Shown here: positions 26,519 to 36,718 of the stretch, piece by piece | Position numbering within the stretch: position 1 is the stretch's first letter | Layout: each line of letters begins with the position of its first letter | Assembly: GCA_011364985.1 (NCBI GenBank) | Contig: RDOC01000001.1 | Coordinates: 347,124-411,123 of the forward strand | Reading direction: 5' to 3' | Length of the DNA: 64,000 nt | Origin: Candidatus Thorarchaeota archaeon | Lineage (GTDB): Archaea > Asgardarchaeota > Thorarchaeia > Thorarchaeales > Thorarchaeaceae | Notes under the pieces: generated by a model | What the model was told of the DNA's origin: nothing | Databases searched by the model: none | What the model saw: the letters and a program-made list of their open reading frames with translations, nothing else | Made by a program: the position numbers and the translations under genes

Positions 26519-27292
26519 TTAGACCTTCTTCGCGCCAGCTGCCTTTAGTGCTTCAACGATTCTCTTCAGTCCAGCGCCATTGTCTTTCTGAACGTGCTTT
26601 TCGATATATGTCCCTTGGACTATTATCGATGCGCCTGATTCAACACCGCGTACAACCGATTTGGCATCATTAAATCCACCTCCAGCTATGACAGGGACAT
26701 CGCAGTATTGAGACACCATTGATATTGTTTCAGGAGGGACGCCACCTCCCTCAGCACCACTTCCCGCTTCCAGATAGACAAGTTTGAACCCAAGCAATTC
26801 TGCGGCCAAAGCATACATCAGAACCAGTCTTGGTTTGTCACGCGGAAAGCATTCAGCTCGGCCAACCCAAGCTGCACTTTTACCAGGTTCAATGAGCAGG
26901 TAGGCCATTGGGATTGATTCGATGCCTGACAACTTGACTCGGGCAGCAGCTAGAGCTTGAGCTCCGACAATGTAGTATGGGTTGTTGCTATTTAGCAGAC
27001 TCATGAAGAACATGGCATCTGCATACTCAGAGACGCCTGTTAGGTTTCCAGGAAAAAGAATGGTGGGGATATTGACAGCATCTGAGATTGCCTTAACTGA
27101 GTCGTCAATGGACCCAAAGATCGTACTTCCCCCAATCATTATCGCATCAGTGCCTGAATCCTCGACCAGCTTGGCAATCTCAACAATTGTATCAATCTGC
27201 GTTGACAGTGGATCGGGATCTAGGAGGGAGAAGTGACATGCACCTTCGGTTGTTAGTTTATCAGTGATGTACTTCCAAACGTTTCCGGACAT
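26519..27292 (-). CDS. geranylgeranylglyceryl phosphate synthase (GGGPS, PcrB family)
   Basis: HFSLLDPD, AIMIGGST, YLEAGSGA, PVIAGGGF, IIVQGT. Confidence 0.85.
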   Translation of the reverse strand: MSGNVWKYITDKLTTEGACHFSLLDPDPLSTQIDTIVEIAKLVEDSGTDAIMIGGSTIFGSIDDSVKAISDAVNIPTILFPGNLTGVSEYADAMFFMSLLNSNNPYYIVGAQALAAARVKLSGIESIPMAYLLIEPGKSAAWVGRAECFPRDKPRLVLMYALAAELLGFKLVYLEAGSGAEGGGVPPETISMVSQYCDVPVIAGGGFNDAKSVVRGVESGASIIVQGTYIEKHVQKDNGAGLKRIVEALKAAGAKKV

Positions 27293-27681
27293 GTATGCAA
27301 TCCTCCAGAGTTAAATGTCGAAGCTTGGCATCGGCCTTTTTACGGTTTTGGTGCACTGTTAACCAATGGCACTTGTGTCACATTTCCGTATTCTGACAGG
27401 AGATATTGAAATCAGGCATGAGTTCTACGTGAAATGCTTATTATGGGCAAGTTGTAAACTGACATTGGAATCAACTACAACCTATCACCCCATTACTACG
27501 CTGAGCCTCTCGCAGTAGGAATGAATATTCCAAGAACAGAGGCCATAATGGCAAGATATCATGTCAAACCAAAAGGACCAATTTCAGAGCAAAAAAGGAT
27601 TCAGATAAAGCAAGAATTGAGAATCTAGCAAGTCCATAAGACACCCTTGTCATCTTCTGCAGTGAGCAATTCGTTTTGGGA

Positions 27682-28371
27682 TCAGATAGGGAGAAATCGT
27701 CCAGTTTTTTTCATATATGCTCTGTACTCATCTCCAAAATGATTCATAAGATTCAACTCTTCTGAATCAGCCAAGATATAATACCCTGGAAATCCAAGGA
27801 AGAGGAGACAAGATACTACCGATGGAAGGAGTAAAAACAAACCCAGAAAGCAAAGAAGATATGATGCGTAGGAAGGATGACGAATTCGACCGTAGGGCCC
27901 CGTGGTGACCAACTGATGCGTCTTACTCATTGCCCATGATGCTGCCATCTCTTGACGTACACTGCGCGACCAATAATGAAGACCTATCCCCAAAGATAAT
28001 AGCATAAGGCCCAGCATCCACATTACGACAGGAGGAGAGAGTATAGGGAAGGTGAACCAGAATAGGTTTGATCCAAGTCCAGTCAACCATGCTATTGGAA
28101 TAAGAAAGACCAGAAAGAACGATAGTAGAGTTGAAACCGCAACAGTAACAACCGCGGTCATAGGGACTTCGGTTGACGGCTCCGCAAGGAAGAAATTCGT
28201 CTTTGTTCTCACCTTCTTGAGGTCCAGGCGTATGTGTAGAATGACATCTACTGCTGCCAGTATTCCAATTACAGGTCCGACGATAGTGAAATCTGTCATA
28301 AAGTGATTTCTACATGCCTTGTATTTTTGGTTTGCTAAGAGCATTGAATGAAATTCACCATCATTCATCAC
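27682..28371 (-). CDS. isoprenylcysteine carboxyl methyltransferase (ICMT)/PEMT-family membrane methyltransferase
   Basis: Polytopic membrane protein with the C-terminal motif LVTTGPYGRIRHPSYASYLL ... EE..L...FGDEY..Y. Confidence 0.7.
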   Translation of the reverse strand: MMNDGEFHSMLLANQKYKACRNHFMTDFTIVGPVIGILAAVDVILHIRLDLKKVRTKTNFFLAEPSTEVPMTAVVTVAVSTLLSFFLVFLIPIAWLTGLGSNLFWFTFPILSPPVVMWMLGLMLLSLGIGLHYWSRSVRQEMAASWAMSKTHQLVTTGPYGRIRHPSYASYLLCFLGLFLLLPSVVSCLLFLGFPGYYILADSEELNLMNHFGDEYRAYMKKTGRFLPI

Positions 28372-28476
28372 CCTGGGCCATCATCCGAAACCCTTTATTG
28401 CTTGAAATCGACGGTCGAAATTGCTAAGAAGGAATGCGCGCCGCGGATACCCTTTATTGGCGCAGAGGACATTAAT

Positions 28477-30441
28477 ATGCCTGAAACACGCGTTGGAGTA
28501 TTCCTATGTCACTGTGGAAGTAATATCGCAGGTGTCGTTAATATCGACAAAGTGATGGAGGCGATTACAGAACTTCCTAACGTCGAGCACGTTGAGGACT
28601 ATAAGTATCTCTGTTCCAAGCCCGGGCAGCAGATGCTGAAGGATCGTATCAAGCAGCATCAACTTAACCGTGTGGTAATCGCCTCATGTAGCCCGCGAAT
28701 GCATGAACCAACCTTCAGACAAACCATGCGAGAAGCAGGGTTGAACGCGTTCCTTTTGGATATAGCGAATATACGAGAGCATGTCAGCTGGATTCATGCC
28801 CAAGACCCAGAGGGGGCAACGGAGAAAGCAATCGATCTGGTTCGCATGTCCCTTGCTCGAGCAAGACTTCTGGAGCCGCTAGATGAACCAGAGGTCAATA
28901 TAAAGAAAGCAAGCCTTGTTGTTGGTGCCGGTATTGCTGGAATCTCGGCATCATTGGATTTGGCAAATGCGGGGTACAAGGTGTATCTTGTAGAGAAAGA
29001 GCCAACCATTGGTGGGCACATGGCAATGTGGGATAAGACCTTTCCGACCTTGGATTGCTCCAGCTGTATTTTGACTCCCCGGATGGCTGAGGTGGGTGCG
29101 CATCCAAATATCGAGCTCTTCACCATGGCCGAAGTTGAGCAGGTAGATGGTTTTGTCGGCAACTTCGAAATCACAATTCATCAAAAGGCGCGATACGTCG
29201 ACATAGAGAAGTGTACCTCATGTGGTGATTGTTCAGAGATATGTCCCGTAGATATCCCCTCTGCCTTCGATGCAAACTTGGGCTACAGAAAGGCCATCCA
29301 TATTCCATTCGCCCAAGCCGTGCCTTCTGCATATCTTCTTGATATGGAGAACTGCCTTGGAGTAGATGCAGTACGATGCGGAAAGTGTAAAGATGCCTGT
29401 GAGGCAGAAGCTATTGACTACGATGACCATGATAAGAGAACCAAGATCTGCGTAGGAACCATTATAGTGGCTACCGGTTTTGATCTCTTTGATGCTTCCC
29501 AGAAGCAAGAATATGGTTACGGAGAATACGCGAATGTTGTCAATATTGCAGAAGTCGAAAGAATGCTGAATGCAGCAGGACCGACCAAGGGACACGTTGT
29601 TCGTCCTTCGGACCTTCAAGAACCAAAGCGTGTCGTGTATGTTCAATGCGTAGGAAGCCGCGATGAGCTCACCAACAGGTATTGCTCACGTATCTGTTGC
29701 ATGACAGCAATTAAACAAGCACGGATGATTCGTGACAAACTTGGAGCCGAGGTCTACATCTTCTATATTGACCTTCGAACCTTTGGAAAGGGGTATGAAG
29801 AGTTCTATGAGAGCACAGCAGAGGCAGGTGTGACTTTTATCCGAGGCAGAGTAGGAGAGGTTGTGGAAGAGGAAGAAACCAGCCTCCTCACAGTGAGAGG
29901 AGAGGATACGTTGATTGGAAAGCCAATTCATTTGAACGACGTGGACCTGGTGGTTCTTTCAACAGGTGTTGTTGCACCCAAGGCAGCAGAGCGAATAGCG
30001 CATGCACTGAACCTAAGCATATCACCTGATGGATTCCTCATGGAGGCGCATCCAAAGCTGCGACCTGTCGACTCATTCAATGATGGCATCTTCGTGGCAG
30101 GCATGGCACAAGGTCCGAAAGACATTCCGGACACAGTGGCTCAGGCCAAAGCAGCAGCATCAGGTGCAATGGCGCTGATGGGTAAGGGAAAGATCAACAT
30201 TGAGCCCTATTACTCAATTGTCGATGAAGTCAAATGCGCCGGCTGTAAAATATGCATAACAGTGTGTCCCTACAACGCAATAAGCATCAATGAACGCGAA
30301 AAGGCGGAGATCAATCCTGCACTGTGCAAGGGATGCGGCACCTGTACAGCAACCTGCCCGAGTGGGGCAATCTCCTCACAGCACTACACCGATGGGCAGA
30401 TAGCAGCTATGCTTGATGCGTTCCTTTCCAGTCCCCAGTAG
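28477..30441 (+). CDS. hdrA: heterodisulfide reductase subunit A-like flavoprotein (HdrA)
   Basis: VFLCHCGSNIAG, FAD fold VVGAGIAGISASL, and ferredoxin motifs CTSCGDCSEICP, CGKCKDAC, CAGCKICITVCP and CKGCGTCTATCP. Also VQCVGSRD...YCSRICC. ATG 28477; the upstream 43 codons of the track ORF are probably non-coding. Confidence 0.85.
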   Translation: MPETRVGVFLCHCGSNIAGVVNIDKVMEAITELPNVEHVEDYKYLCSKPGQQMLKDRIKQHQLNRVVIASCSPRMHEPTFRQTMREAGLNAFLLDIANIREHVSWIHAQDPEGATEKAIDLVRMSLARARLLEPLDEPEVNIKKASLVVGAGIAGISASLDLANAGYKVYLVEKEPTIGGHMAMWDKTFPTLDCSSCILTPRMAEVGAHPNIELFTMAEVEQVDGFVGNFEITIHQKARYVDIEKCTSCGDCSEICPVDIPSAFDANLGYRKAIHIPFAQAVPSAYLLDMENCLGVDAVRCGKCKDACEAEAIDYDDHDKRTKICVGTIIVATGFDLFDASQKQEYGYGEYANVVNIAEVERMLNAAGPTKGHVVRPSDLQEPKRVVYVQCVGSRDELTNRYCSRICCMTAIKQARMIRDKLGAEVYIFYIDLRTFGKGYEEFYESTAEAGVTFIRGRVGEVVEEEETSLLTVRGEDTLIGKPIHLNDVDLVVLSTGVVAPKAAERIAHALNLSISPDGFLMEAHPKLRPVDSFNDGIFVAGMAQGPKDIPDTVAQAKAAASGAMALMGKGKINIEPYYSIVDEVKCAGCKICITVCPYNAISINEREKAEINPALCKGCGTCTATCPSGAISSQHYTDGQIAAMLDAFLSSPQ

Positions 30442-30473
30442 AAACTGCATGATGTTAATGAAATGGGACGACA

Positions 30474-31106
30474 GTGATGTCAATGGCGGATTTGACTGTG
30501 GCAGTATTAGTTGGAGGAGAGTCCACACGCTTCAAAGCAGAGAAATTCCTAGCTAAGTTCCAAAGAAAAACATTGATTGCCCATATGATGAATATTGCCA
30601 AGTCCATTTCTCCAAATGTCCTCGTGGTGACATCAAGCGAAGAACAGGCAAAATCCGTTAGAAGCGTGGTGAGCTCGGCTGAAGTAGTAGTTGACCCAGA
30701 GGAGTCGACGAAGGCACCGATCATAGGTGCATTAACTGCTTTCGAGTACTCTGAAACTTCACATACCATGCTTCTTCCTATTGACACACCTCTTGCCAAT
30801 GTGTATCTCCTGCGTGCCTTAGGGGACCTAGCCGAAGGTCACGGCGCAGTCGTACCGAGATGGCCATCGGGGTATATCGAACCACTTCATTCAGTCTATC
30901 TCACAGAACATGCCTATTCTAAGGGACTAGACCTGATAGCTGCCAGAAGATATCGAATGCAAATGCTACTTGATACGATGAACCGTGTCATATACGTTTC
31001 AACTTTAGTCCTGCAGAGATTTGATCCTGATTTGCTCACTTTTAGGAATGCCAATACGCCAAAGGAACTGCTTAGACTCGAAGGGCAAGCCCATCGCCGA
31101 AGCTAA
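30474..31106 (+). CDS. mobA: molybdenum cofactor guanylyltransferase (MobA-like NTP transferase)
   Basis: VAVLVGGESTRF N-terminal signature, with length and pattern matching MobA. Its 3' end overlaps convergent hypD by 4 nt. Confidence 0.7.
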   Translation: MMSMADLTVAVLVGGESTRFKAEKFLAKFQRKTLIAHMMNIAKSISPNVLVVTSSEEQAKSVRSVVSSAEVVVDPEESTKAPIIGALTAFEYSETSHTMLLPIDTPLANVYLLRALGDLAEGHGAVVPRWPSGYIEPLHSVYLTEHAYSKGLDLIAARRYRMQMLLDTMNRVIYVSTLVLQRFDPDLLTFRNANTPKELLRLEGQAHRRS

Positions 31107-32188
31107 ACAGCATGATATTCGTGCCTGATTCTACAGGTTCCTTCATGACCCACCATGCAAGGACCGTACGGATTATCCGGAACACATCGTTTTCCAAAGA
31201 GAGGACAGTCGGATGGATCAGCAATTCCAAGAATGACATCATGGCACCTGCATCCTGGCATGATATCAATTGATTCGGTTGGTGGAAAACTGAACCGAAG
31301 CCGAGCATTAAAGGCCTCGTATTCTTTCCGCAGAAACAATCCAGATTCCTTGATTATTCCAAGACCTCTCCACGGTGCATCGTCAACCCTAAACACACTA
31401 TCAAGGATCTTTTGTGCAGCTAAATTCCCCTCAGGATGCACAACACGGGTATATTCGTTTTCGGACTCAGCACGTCCTTCCTTCTTTTGAAGAAGAATCA
31501 TTCTGATTGACTCTAGGACATCCAAGGGTTCAAATCCAGCTGCCACGCAAGGCACTCTGTACATCTCAGCAATTGGTTGAAAAGCATTTGTTCCGATAAT
31601 TGCGCTTACATGCCCAGGCGTGATAAAGCCATCTACTGCAAAGCCTTCGAGATTGACAAGGAGATCCATTGCGGGAGGTATTATTTTCAATGAGGTCAGA
31701 ATAGAGAAGTTGCCAGGAGGACTGCGAGATATCTCTGCAGCCATTGTAGGAGCAGTGGTTTCAAAGCCAACGCCAATAAACACGACTTCTCTATCAGGGT
31801 GGGCCTTAGCGATTTCTACAGATTCGGTGACTCCATATACTACTCTAACATCAGCACCGTTTGCGCGCTCTTTCACTAGCGATGATGATGTAGAAGGGAC
31901 TCTCATCATATCACCAAAGGTGGCAATAATGTGTCCTTGGCGCGCAAGCTCTATAGCCATGTCGACATCTTGTGCCGCGCACACGCATACGGGGCATCCA
32001 GGACCAGCAACAAGACTTATGCTTTCAGGCAAGAGAGAACGAATGCCATGACTGCTTATTGTATCTTCATGTGTTCCGCAGATATGAACGATTCTTATTT
32101 TGCTAGGCCTAGCAAGATGTTTAATCTCCTTGACTAGAGCCTTCGCATACTTAGCATCCCGAAACTTGCTCGTGTCCAGCATGAACAT
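31103..32188 (-). CDS. hypD: hydrogenase maturation factor HypD
   Basis: HICGTHED, GPGCPVCV, GFETTAP, PGHVS, and the C-terminal Cys cluster PGCRCHDV...CPLFGKRC...GPCMVGHEGTC. Confidence 0.9.
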   Translation of the reverse strand: MFMLDTSKFRDAKYAKALVKEIKHLARPSKIRIVHICGTHEDTISSHGIRSLLPESISLVAGPGCPVCVCAAQDVDMAIELARQGHIIATFGDMMRVPSTSSSLVKERANGADVRVVYGVTESVEIAKAHPDREVVFIGVGFETTAPTMAAEISRSPPGNFSILTSLKIIPPAMDLLVNLEGFAVDGFITPGHVSAIIGTNAFQPIAEMYRVPCVAAGFEPLDVLESIRMILLQKKEGRAESENEYTRVVHPEGNLAAQKILDSVFRVDDAPWRGLGIIKESGLFLRKEYEAFNARLRFSFPPTESIDIMPGCRCHDVILGIADPSDCPLFGKRCVPDNPYGPCMVGHEGTCRIRHEYHAV

Positions 32189-32254
32189 CAATCAATAAAG
32201 CGGTGAATGCGAATAAAAGGAAGCTTGTATAGCACTTGAAGAATCAGTAGGATA

Positions 32255-32581
32255 TTAGGATGAGCCATTGTCCTTGGTGACTTCGTCCAAGATCACCAGT
32301 GACTCACCTAATGAGATAGACAGCTTGCTTGCCAATTCTTTTGGTGTCACTTTCGGGTTTTTTGCGATAACATGATCCCTTGTATAACCAAGGAGACCAG
32401 CATACATTGGATTCCGTTGGGCTGTTTCAGTAAGAATATCCCAGAGGGGGTGTGTCTTGAAATCTCCCAAGTCTATTTCGATAAGGCGTGTCGATTTCTT
32501 GTTCCTTTTCTTTTGAGGGGTAGAAACAAGGGCGTCCTTTTGGGTTTCCATGGTATGCCTCGTGAGTCTATCTTGTTTCAA
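32255..32581 (-). CDS. hypothetical protein (possible C-terminal wHTH)
   Basis: 108 aa with a basic N-terminus. VTPKELASKLSISLGESLVILDEV resembles an HTH. Confidence 0.4.
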   Translation of the reverse strand: MKQDRLTRHTMETQKDALVSTPQKKRNKKSTRLIEIDLGDFKTHPLWDILTETAQRNPMYAGLLGYTRDHVIAKNPKVTPKELASKLSISLGESLVILDEVTKDNGSS

Positions 32582-32836
32582 ATTTGCATCCCTTACCTAT
32601 TCCCGGCGAAACGAAGGAAGCTGCTCTCTCCAAGATATGATACCTCTGTGATATAAGCATTAGGGCGTCATAGAGGCCTGTGAGAATGTTTCTAGTCAAC
32701 GTCTAGGAAAGATACCTAAGAAATGTGGCAATGAAGATTTCGCATGAAAAGTCACATTCATGCCACGCAGCAAGGTTTAACAAGGGAGAATCTTGGAATA
32801 CGTTGAGCCTCCTGCCTAAGGGGAGGAACTCGGAGT

Positions 32837-33142
32837 ATGAACCTATTGCCTCATGGCATCAGGAGAATAGTATTAGATGTATTGAAGCCTCACACACCGA
32901 GGCTTACAGATTTGGCCCTCATGCTTACTCGAGACGAGAGAGTCAATGGAGTAAACGTGACAGTAAAAGAGGTTGACGCAAATACCGAATCCATCACCAT
33001 TACATTGGAAGGTGATGACCTTCAATTTGAGTCTATTAAGGAGATACTACAGCAGGCAGGCGCTGTGATTCACTCAATCGACCAAGTTGTTGCTGGTAAA
33101 CGGTTTGTTGAAGAGGTGACACTACAACCGGAGAATTCTTAG
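32837..33142 (+). CDS. DUF211 family protein
   Basis: IRRIVLDVLKPHTPRLTDLA...GVNVTVKEVD...ITLEGDDL...AGAVIHSIDQV matches the DUF211 pattern. GGAGG SD upstream. Confidence 0.7.
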   Translation: MNLLPHGIRRIVLDVLKPHTPRLTDLALMLTRDERVNGVNVTVKEVDANTESITITLEGDDLQFESIKEILQQAGAVIHSIDQVVAGKRFVEEVTLQPENS

Positions 33143-33144
33143 CT

Positions 33145-33753
33145 TCAACGTCCTTCAAGCTGGTCCAGTAGCCGCTTGCTTTCCTCTTCGATTTTTCGCT
33201 GCACTAGATTATGTATCTCCTCAACAAATGCAATAGGTACTATCTTTACAACGCTGCAAAGCCGATCTACGATTCTCTCGGCCAGCGCATTCGGAGAAAC
33301 AACAGACTCCTTGATTATGCTTCGTACAACTTCTTCCCCGACACTGGATTTGACTACGGAGTCAATAACACTAGCTACTGTCCCTTCCGGATCCATGAAG
33401 AAAGGTAGTCGGCTAGTGTCGTACAAGACCGTGTAGCGCAATTTGTCGACAATGCTATCAGTGTACCAGTCTATACTGGACTCCTTCACGTCAAGGCGCT
33501 CTGAGAATTGGGTCTTTGTGATCGGGTTGGGGTGACTCCAAGGATGGCGTGTTACTACATAAAGCGCTGCGCTGAAGAAGGAATCAACTTCTCTTGGCAC
33601 TCCCTCTGAAGAAACATACCTGCGGATCAAATCCAATGCTATGTTCTCATATCTTTCATCAATTCCGTTCTGCTCATAGAACTCGTGAGCATCTCGTACA
33701 ACACGCACAACCACTTGTGGATTCACAACCATGCTCTTATCGACGTGCGTCAA
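33145..33753 (-). CDS. hypothetical protein (weak cyclin/TFIIB-core-like helical pattern)
   Basis: 202 aa with a TTG start preceded by AAGGAGTG. IALDLIRRYV...FFSAALYVVTR...ITKTQFSERL is reminiscent of a cyclin-box repeat. Unverified. Confidence 0.5.
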   Translation of the reverse strand: MTHVDKSMVVNPQVVVRVVRDAHEFYEQNGIDERYENIALDLIRRYVSSEGVPREVDSFFSAALYVVTRHPWSHPNPITKTQFSERLDVKESSIDWYTDSIVDKLRYTVLYDTSRLPFFMDPEGTVASVIDSVVKSSVGEEVVRSIIKESVVSPNALAERIVDRLCSVVKIVPIAFVEEIHNLVQRKIEEESKRLLDQLEGR

Positions 33754-33855
33754 AGCTGGGGCACTCCTTCAGCCAAAGGCTATTACCAAACCGCAGAATA
33801 CTGATTTAAGTACTTGTCCAAAGGAAGAAGAGGTGAGGCATTTTCGCGCCGAATG

Positions 33856-34428
33856 TCAACGAGCACGATAGGTCTTCTCCAGGGCCCATCGCAAAGTGCG
33901 TTCGATTTCCATGAATTGATCTTCACCGCTGAAATTCCTAATAACAACCTTCTGAAGAATGCCATCTTCTGCAACTACCTCAAAATCAAAAGCTTGAACC
34001 CAGTCGATCTCACCACTTTCGACTCGCTCTCTGTCTTGTTGTTGATATTGCCCCAATATCCGTTCAACAAAGAACCTGGCAAAAGCTCCACGCTTAATGT
34101 CATAAAGGGCATGTGGTGAAGGGATTATTGTGATTTCGTTATCCTCCACCTGCATAGTTGCGAGTTCCAGATCACGAGCCTTATTGAACACAGCAGTAGA
34201 TTTCGGCAACACGACTGCTTCAGCTGTGGATTGAGGCATTGCTTCACTATGCTCTTCTGTAGCCCTAGTCAATGCAACATCGGCTGTTGAGAAGCTACCA
34301 GCTCCAATAATCGTGTCAAGATTCTCAAGTATTTCCTCTATTCGTGCTGTCTTCTCTCTAAGATCCTCAAGTATTTCGCCCAATTCCTCTCTTAGCCCAA
34401 CAAGGGCACGAATATCGATGTTTTCCAC
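33856..34428 (-). CDS. hypothetical protein with N-terminal coiled coil
   Basis: 190-aa ORF. The N-terminal region is acidic and helical. No recognised family. Confidence 0.5.
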   Translation of the reverse strand: MENIDIRALVGLREELGEILEDLREKTARIEEILENLDTIIGAGSFSTADVALTRATEEHSEAMPQSTAEAVVLPKSTAVFNKARDLELATMQVEDNEITIIPSPHALYDIKRGAFARFFVERILGQYQQQDRERVESGEIDWVQAFDFEVVAEDGILQKVVIRNFSGEDQFMEIERTLRWALEKTYRAR

Positions 34429-34531
34429 TTGCCGACCTCGTTCTAACGATAGATGCCTTATTTCTGTTTACTTCACAAGTATTTTACAGCATGTATTATA
34501 GAAGAAGCCACATCTCTTCGACAATAAGAAA

Positions 34532-34765
34532 CTAATCTGCATCCACTGCTATCGCAAAATCAGGGCAGTGCATTTCACAGAGCCTACAGGCCATGCAGGC
34601 GTCCAGATTGACTACTTCAGGTAGATAAAATCCTCGATTATCAACCTCCTTAGATTTCTCCAAAACACCATGAGGACAGACTGAAATGCAAATATGACAC
34701 CCCTTGCAGAGGTTCTTGTCCACAACAACAGCATGAACTCTCTTGGGCAATCCTGATGTCTCCAT
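34532..34765 (-). CDS. 2x[4Fe-4S] ferredoxin
   Basis: CKGCHICISVCP and CMACRLCEMHCP motifs in 77 aa. Confidence 0.8.
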   Translation of the reverse strand: METSGLPKRVHAVVVDKNLCKGCHICISVCPHGVLEKSKEVDNRGFYLPEVVNLDACMACRLCEMHCPDFAIAVDAD

Positions 34766-34865
34766 CTTGCGCAGAAAATCTTCTTTGATATAATGCTATT
34801 TATTTGACACCTAAGAGTCGGTGTTAAATAGCTAAGAACTACACTAGTTGAAGAAGGCATCGGCA

Positions 34866-35579
34866 ATGCTAAAGCCCTTTCTTGTGTTCATGTGCCCTAA
34901 GTGCAAGAATTTCACAAATGCTCCTGTCGGACAAAAACGCAGGCGTTGCAGTTATTGCGGAAAAATAATAGACATAACTAAGGCGGCCACTGCAATCTTT
35001 GATAGTCCAGAAAAAGCATCAGCTGCAGTCAAGCAGTTCAACGCCTCAAGAGGAGGGGATGCATTTGACCAAGCAGTGCGGAAAACAAGGGAGAAAATGA
35101 AGGAGTTAATTCCTCTCACAAAACTCCGTGCATCAGATGTAAAGAGCAACCTTAGGCAGGACCTTCCCTCTGGGAAAGCAAGACGATTGATGCGCCTTCT
35201 AGAGAATGAGGCAACCGAGAAAGCGTGCACACTTGACAGAATTGAGCTTCTCTGTGCTGAGTATCAGTTGGACTGGGCATGGGTCGAACATCAGCTAACG
35301 AAGCTGGCCAATCGAGGAGTTATCGTTTTTCCGCGACCATGGTCAATCAGGCTTGTTCAGATAGCTTCAGCAAGCAGTAAATCGGACCTGAAGATTGATG
35401 CTTCAAAGGAGATTATTGTGCTCTTGAAGAAGGCAGGCGGCGAGATGCTTTTCGATGAGATTGTGAAGCATTTTGCCTTAGCAGATGTCGGCATCGACTC
35501 CGTGGAGGAATCTCTTGACCATCTTATGAGCCGAGGAGAGATTTACGAGCCCAAGTCAGGAATGATAAGTCTGATATGA
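34866..35579 (+). CDS. DUF1922-like zinc-ribbon protein with C-terminal winged-helix region
   Basis: CPKCKNF...RRRCSYCGKII followed by DSPEKASAAVKQFN, a DUF1922-like pattern. The C-terminus is helical and wHTH-like. ATG 34866; the track ORF starts at TTG 34848. Confidence 0.55.
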   Translation: MLKPFLVFMCPKCKNFTNAPVGQKRRRCSYCGKIIDITKAATAIFDSPEKASAAVKQFNASRGGDAFDQAVRKTREKMKELIPLTKLRASDVKSNLRQDLPSGKARRLMRLLENEATEKACTLDRIELLCAEYQLDWAWVEHQLTKLANRGVIVFPRPWSIRLVQIASASSKSDLKIDASKEIIVLLKKAGGEMLFDEIVKHFALADVGIDSVEESLDHLMSRGEIYEPKSGMISLI

Positions 35580-35620
35580 GATTGGAGACATTGAATCAGT
35601 AGCCGAAGGCGGCGTTTGAT

Positions 35621-36010
35621 GTGCCAGTAGTAGAGATTGTAGCAAAGAAGGCTCTAGCAATGAATCCAGAGCTTGACCTAGAAGTTGTGGATTTGATTGT
35701 TCTTCTTTGGCTCTACTCAAATCCATATGAAAGCAAAAGGCGGCAGCTTAGTAGCATGAGAAATGTTCTGAGAATGTGTGAGGCATTTCAGACTCCAGGA
35801 AAGGGAATCGAATTTTCAGAAGAGGAGTTGACTCAAGTAGTTCTAGGTAGCTTACAGAGACTGAAAAGCAAAGGACTAGTTTATGTGACATCAGCAGGAG
35901 TACACTACATTAAGGGGACTCTCACGGAAAAAGGGCAGCAGCTTGTAGATAGATCTATTTCCACATCCAATCTAAAGCGCGTCACTGAGGAATTTGGGAA
36001 CAATCCCTAG
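35621..36010 (+). CDS. hypothetical protein (wHTH-like)
   Basis: 129-aa ORF. No recognised family. Confidence 0.45.
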   Translation: MPVVEIVAKKALAMNPELDLEVVDLIVLLWLYSNPYESKRRQLSSMRNVLRMCEAFQTPGKGIEFSEEELTQVVLGSLQRLKSKGLVYVTSAGVHYIKGTLTEKGQQLVDRSISTSNLKRVTEEFGNNP

Positions 36011-36253
36011 GCGTGTTTTAAGCCCTCCTACAACATTTCGCAACGCTTATATGCAGAGTACGCTCGGCACACCTGTCGCTCTTAAGAAACGGCTGTTTTG
36101 GAGTCATGGGAGTCAGTGCAGGCGCCTGATTCTGCTCGCGGACATGCCTGTATACGTGTGCCCGATGATTCTGGAGTGGCTGGCAGCGATAAGAATCTGC
36201 ATCTCTAAGCCATAATATATGGTAAAGAGAAGAAAACCGGAAGGTTAGCCGAC

Positions 36254-36718
36254 ATGCCGACGTACGGATACAGCATCATAGGCATTGACCCAGATAGAAC
36301 AGCAGTAGCCAGTGGTAGAAACATGCGCTGTTCCCCGAAGCAGAGCAGAGAGATCTGCAAAGCTATCCGGGGAATGATGCTTGACAGGGCCATTGAGCTT
36401 CTCGAAGATGTGATTCAGGAGAAAGCTTGGATTCCTTATCGACGTCATAAGAAGAAGAGAGGACACCATTCAGGAATGAAGAAGTGGGCTGCTGGCGGAC
36501 ATCCGGTCAAAGCCTCAGAGAACATCTTGAAGATACTGAAAAATGCAGAAGCCAATGCGGATAGCAAAGGTTTGGACATTGATAGGTTACGGATAATACA
36601 TGCGGCCGCCTCAAGGGGTAGAACCTACAAGAAGTATATCGAAAGAGCATTTGGCAGAAGTAGTCCATACTTTAAGAACACAACACATGTTGAGATTGTT
36701 CTAGAAGAGGTGATTTAA
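36254..36718 (+). CDS. rpl22: ribosomal protein uL22
   Basis: Typical archaeal L22 sequence (RNMRCSPKQSREICKAIRGM ... HVEIVLEE). First gene of the operon in this window. Confidence 0.9.
   Translation: MPTYGYSIIGIDPDRTAVASGRNMRCSPKQSREICKAIRGMMLDRAIELLEDVIQEKAWIPYRRHKKKRGHHSGMKKWAAGGHPVKASENILKILKNAEANADSKGLDIDRLRIIHAAASRGRTYKKYIERAFGRSSPYFKNTTHVEIVLEEVI

Noticed and set aside
28348-28476. N-terminal extensions in the ORF track. HdrA from 28348, Tsr3 up to 55689, DUF47 up to 18870, Rpo12 up to 21742, uS17 from 38016 and eL14 from 52641.
   Set aside because: The extensions overlap divergent neighbours or upstream genes, lack family-conserved sequence, and internal ATGs with SD motifs fit the orthologous N-termini.
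33754-33858. The 190-aa ORF ends in TGA, and the next ORF (33145..33753) is in the same frame 34 codons downstream.
   Set aside because: The spacer contains a second in-frame TGA, and an AAGGAGTG SD lies just before the downstream TTG. These are two separate genes.
35994-36215. A 73-aa ORF and a weak inverted repeat (GGCACAC 36066..36072 with GTGTGCC 36156..36162) in the leader upstream of uL22.
   Set aside because: The ORF has no SD and an odd composition. The repeat arms are only 7 bp. This is insufficient to call either a gene or a structured RNA.
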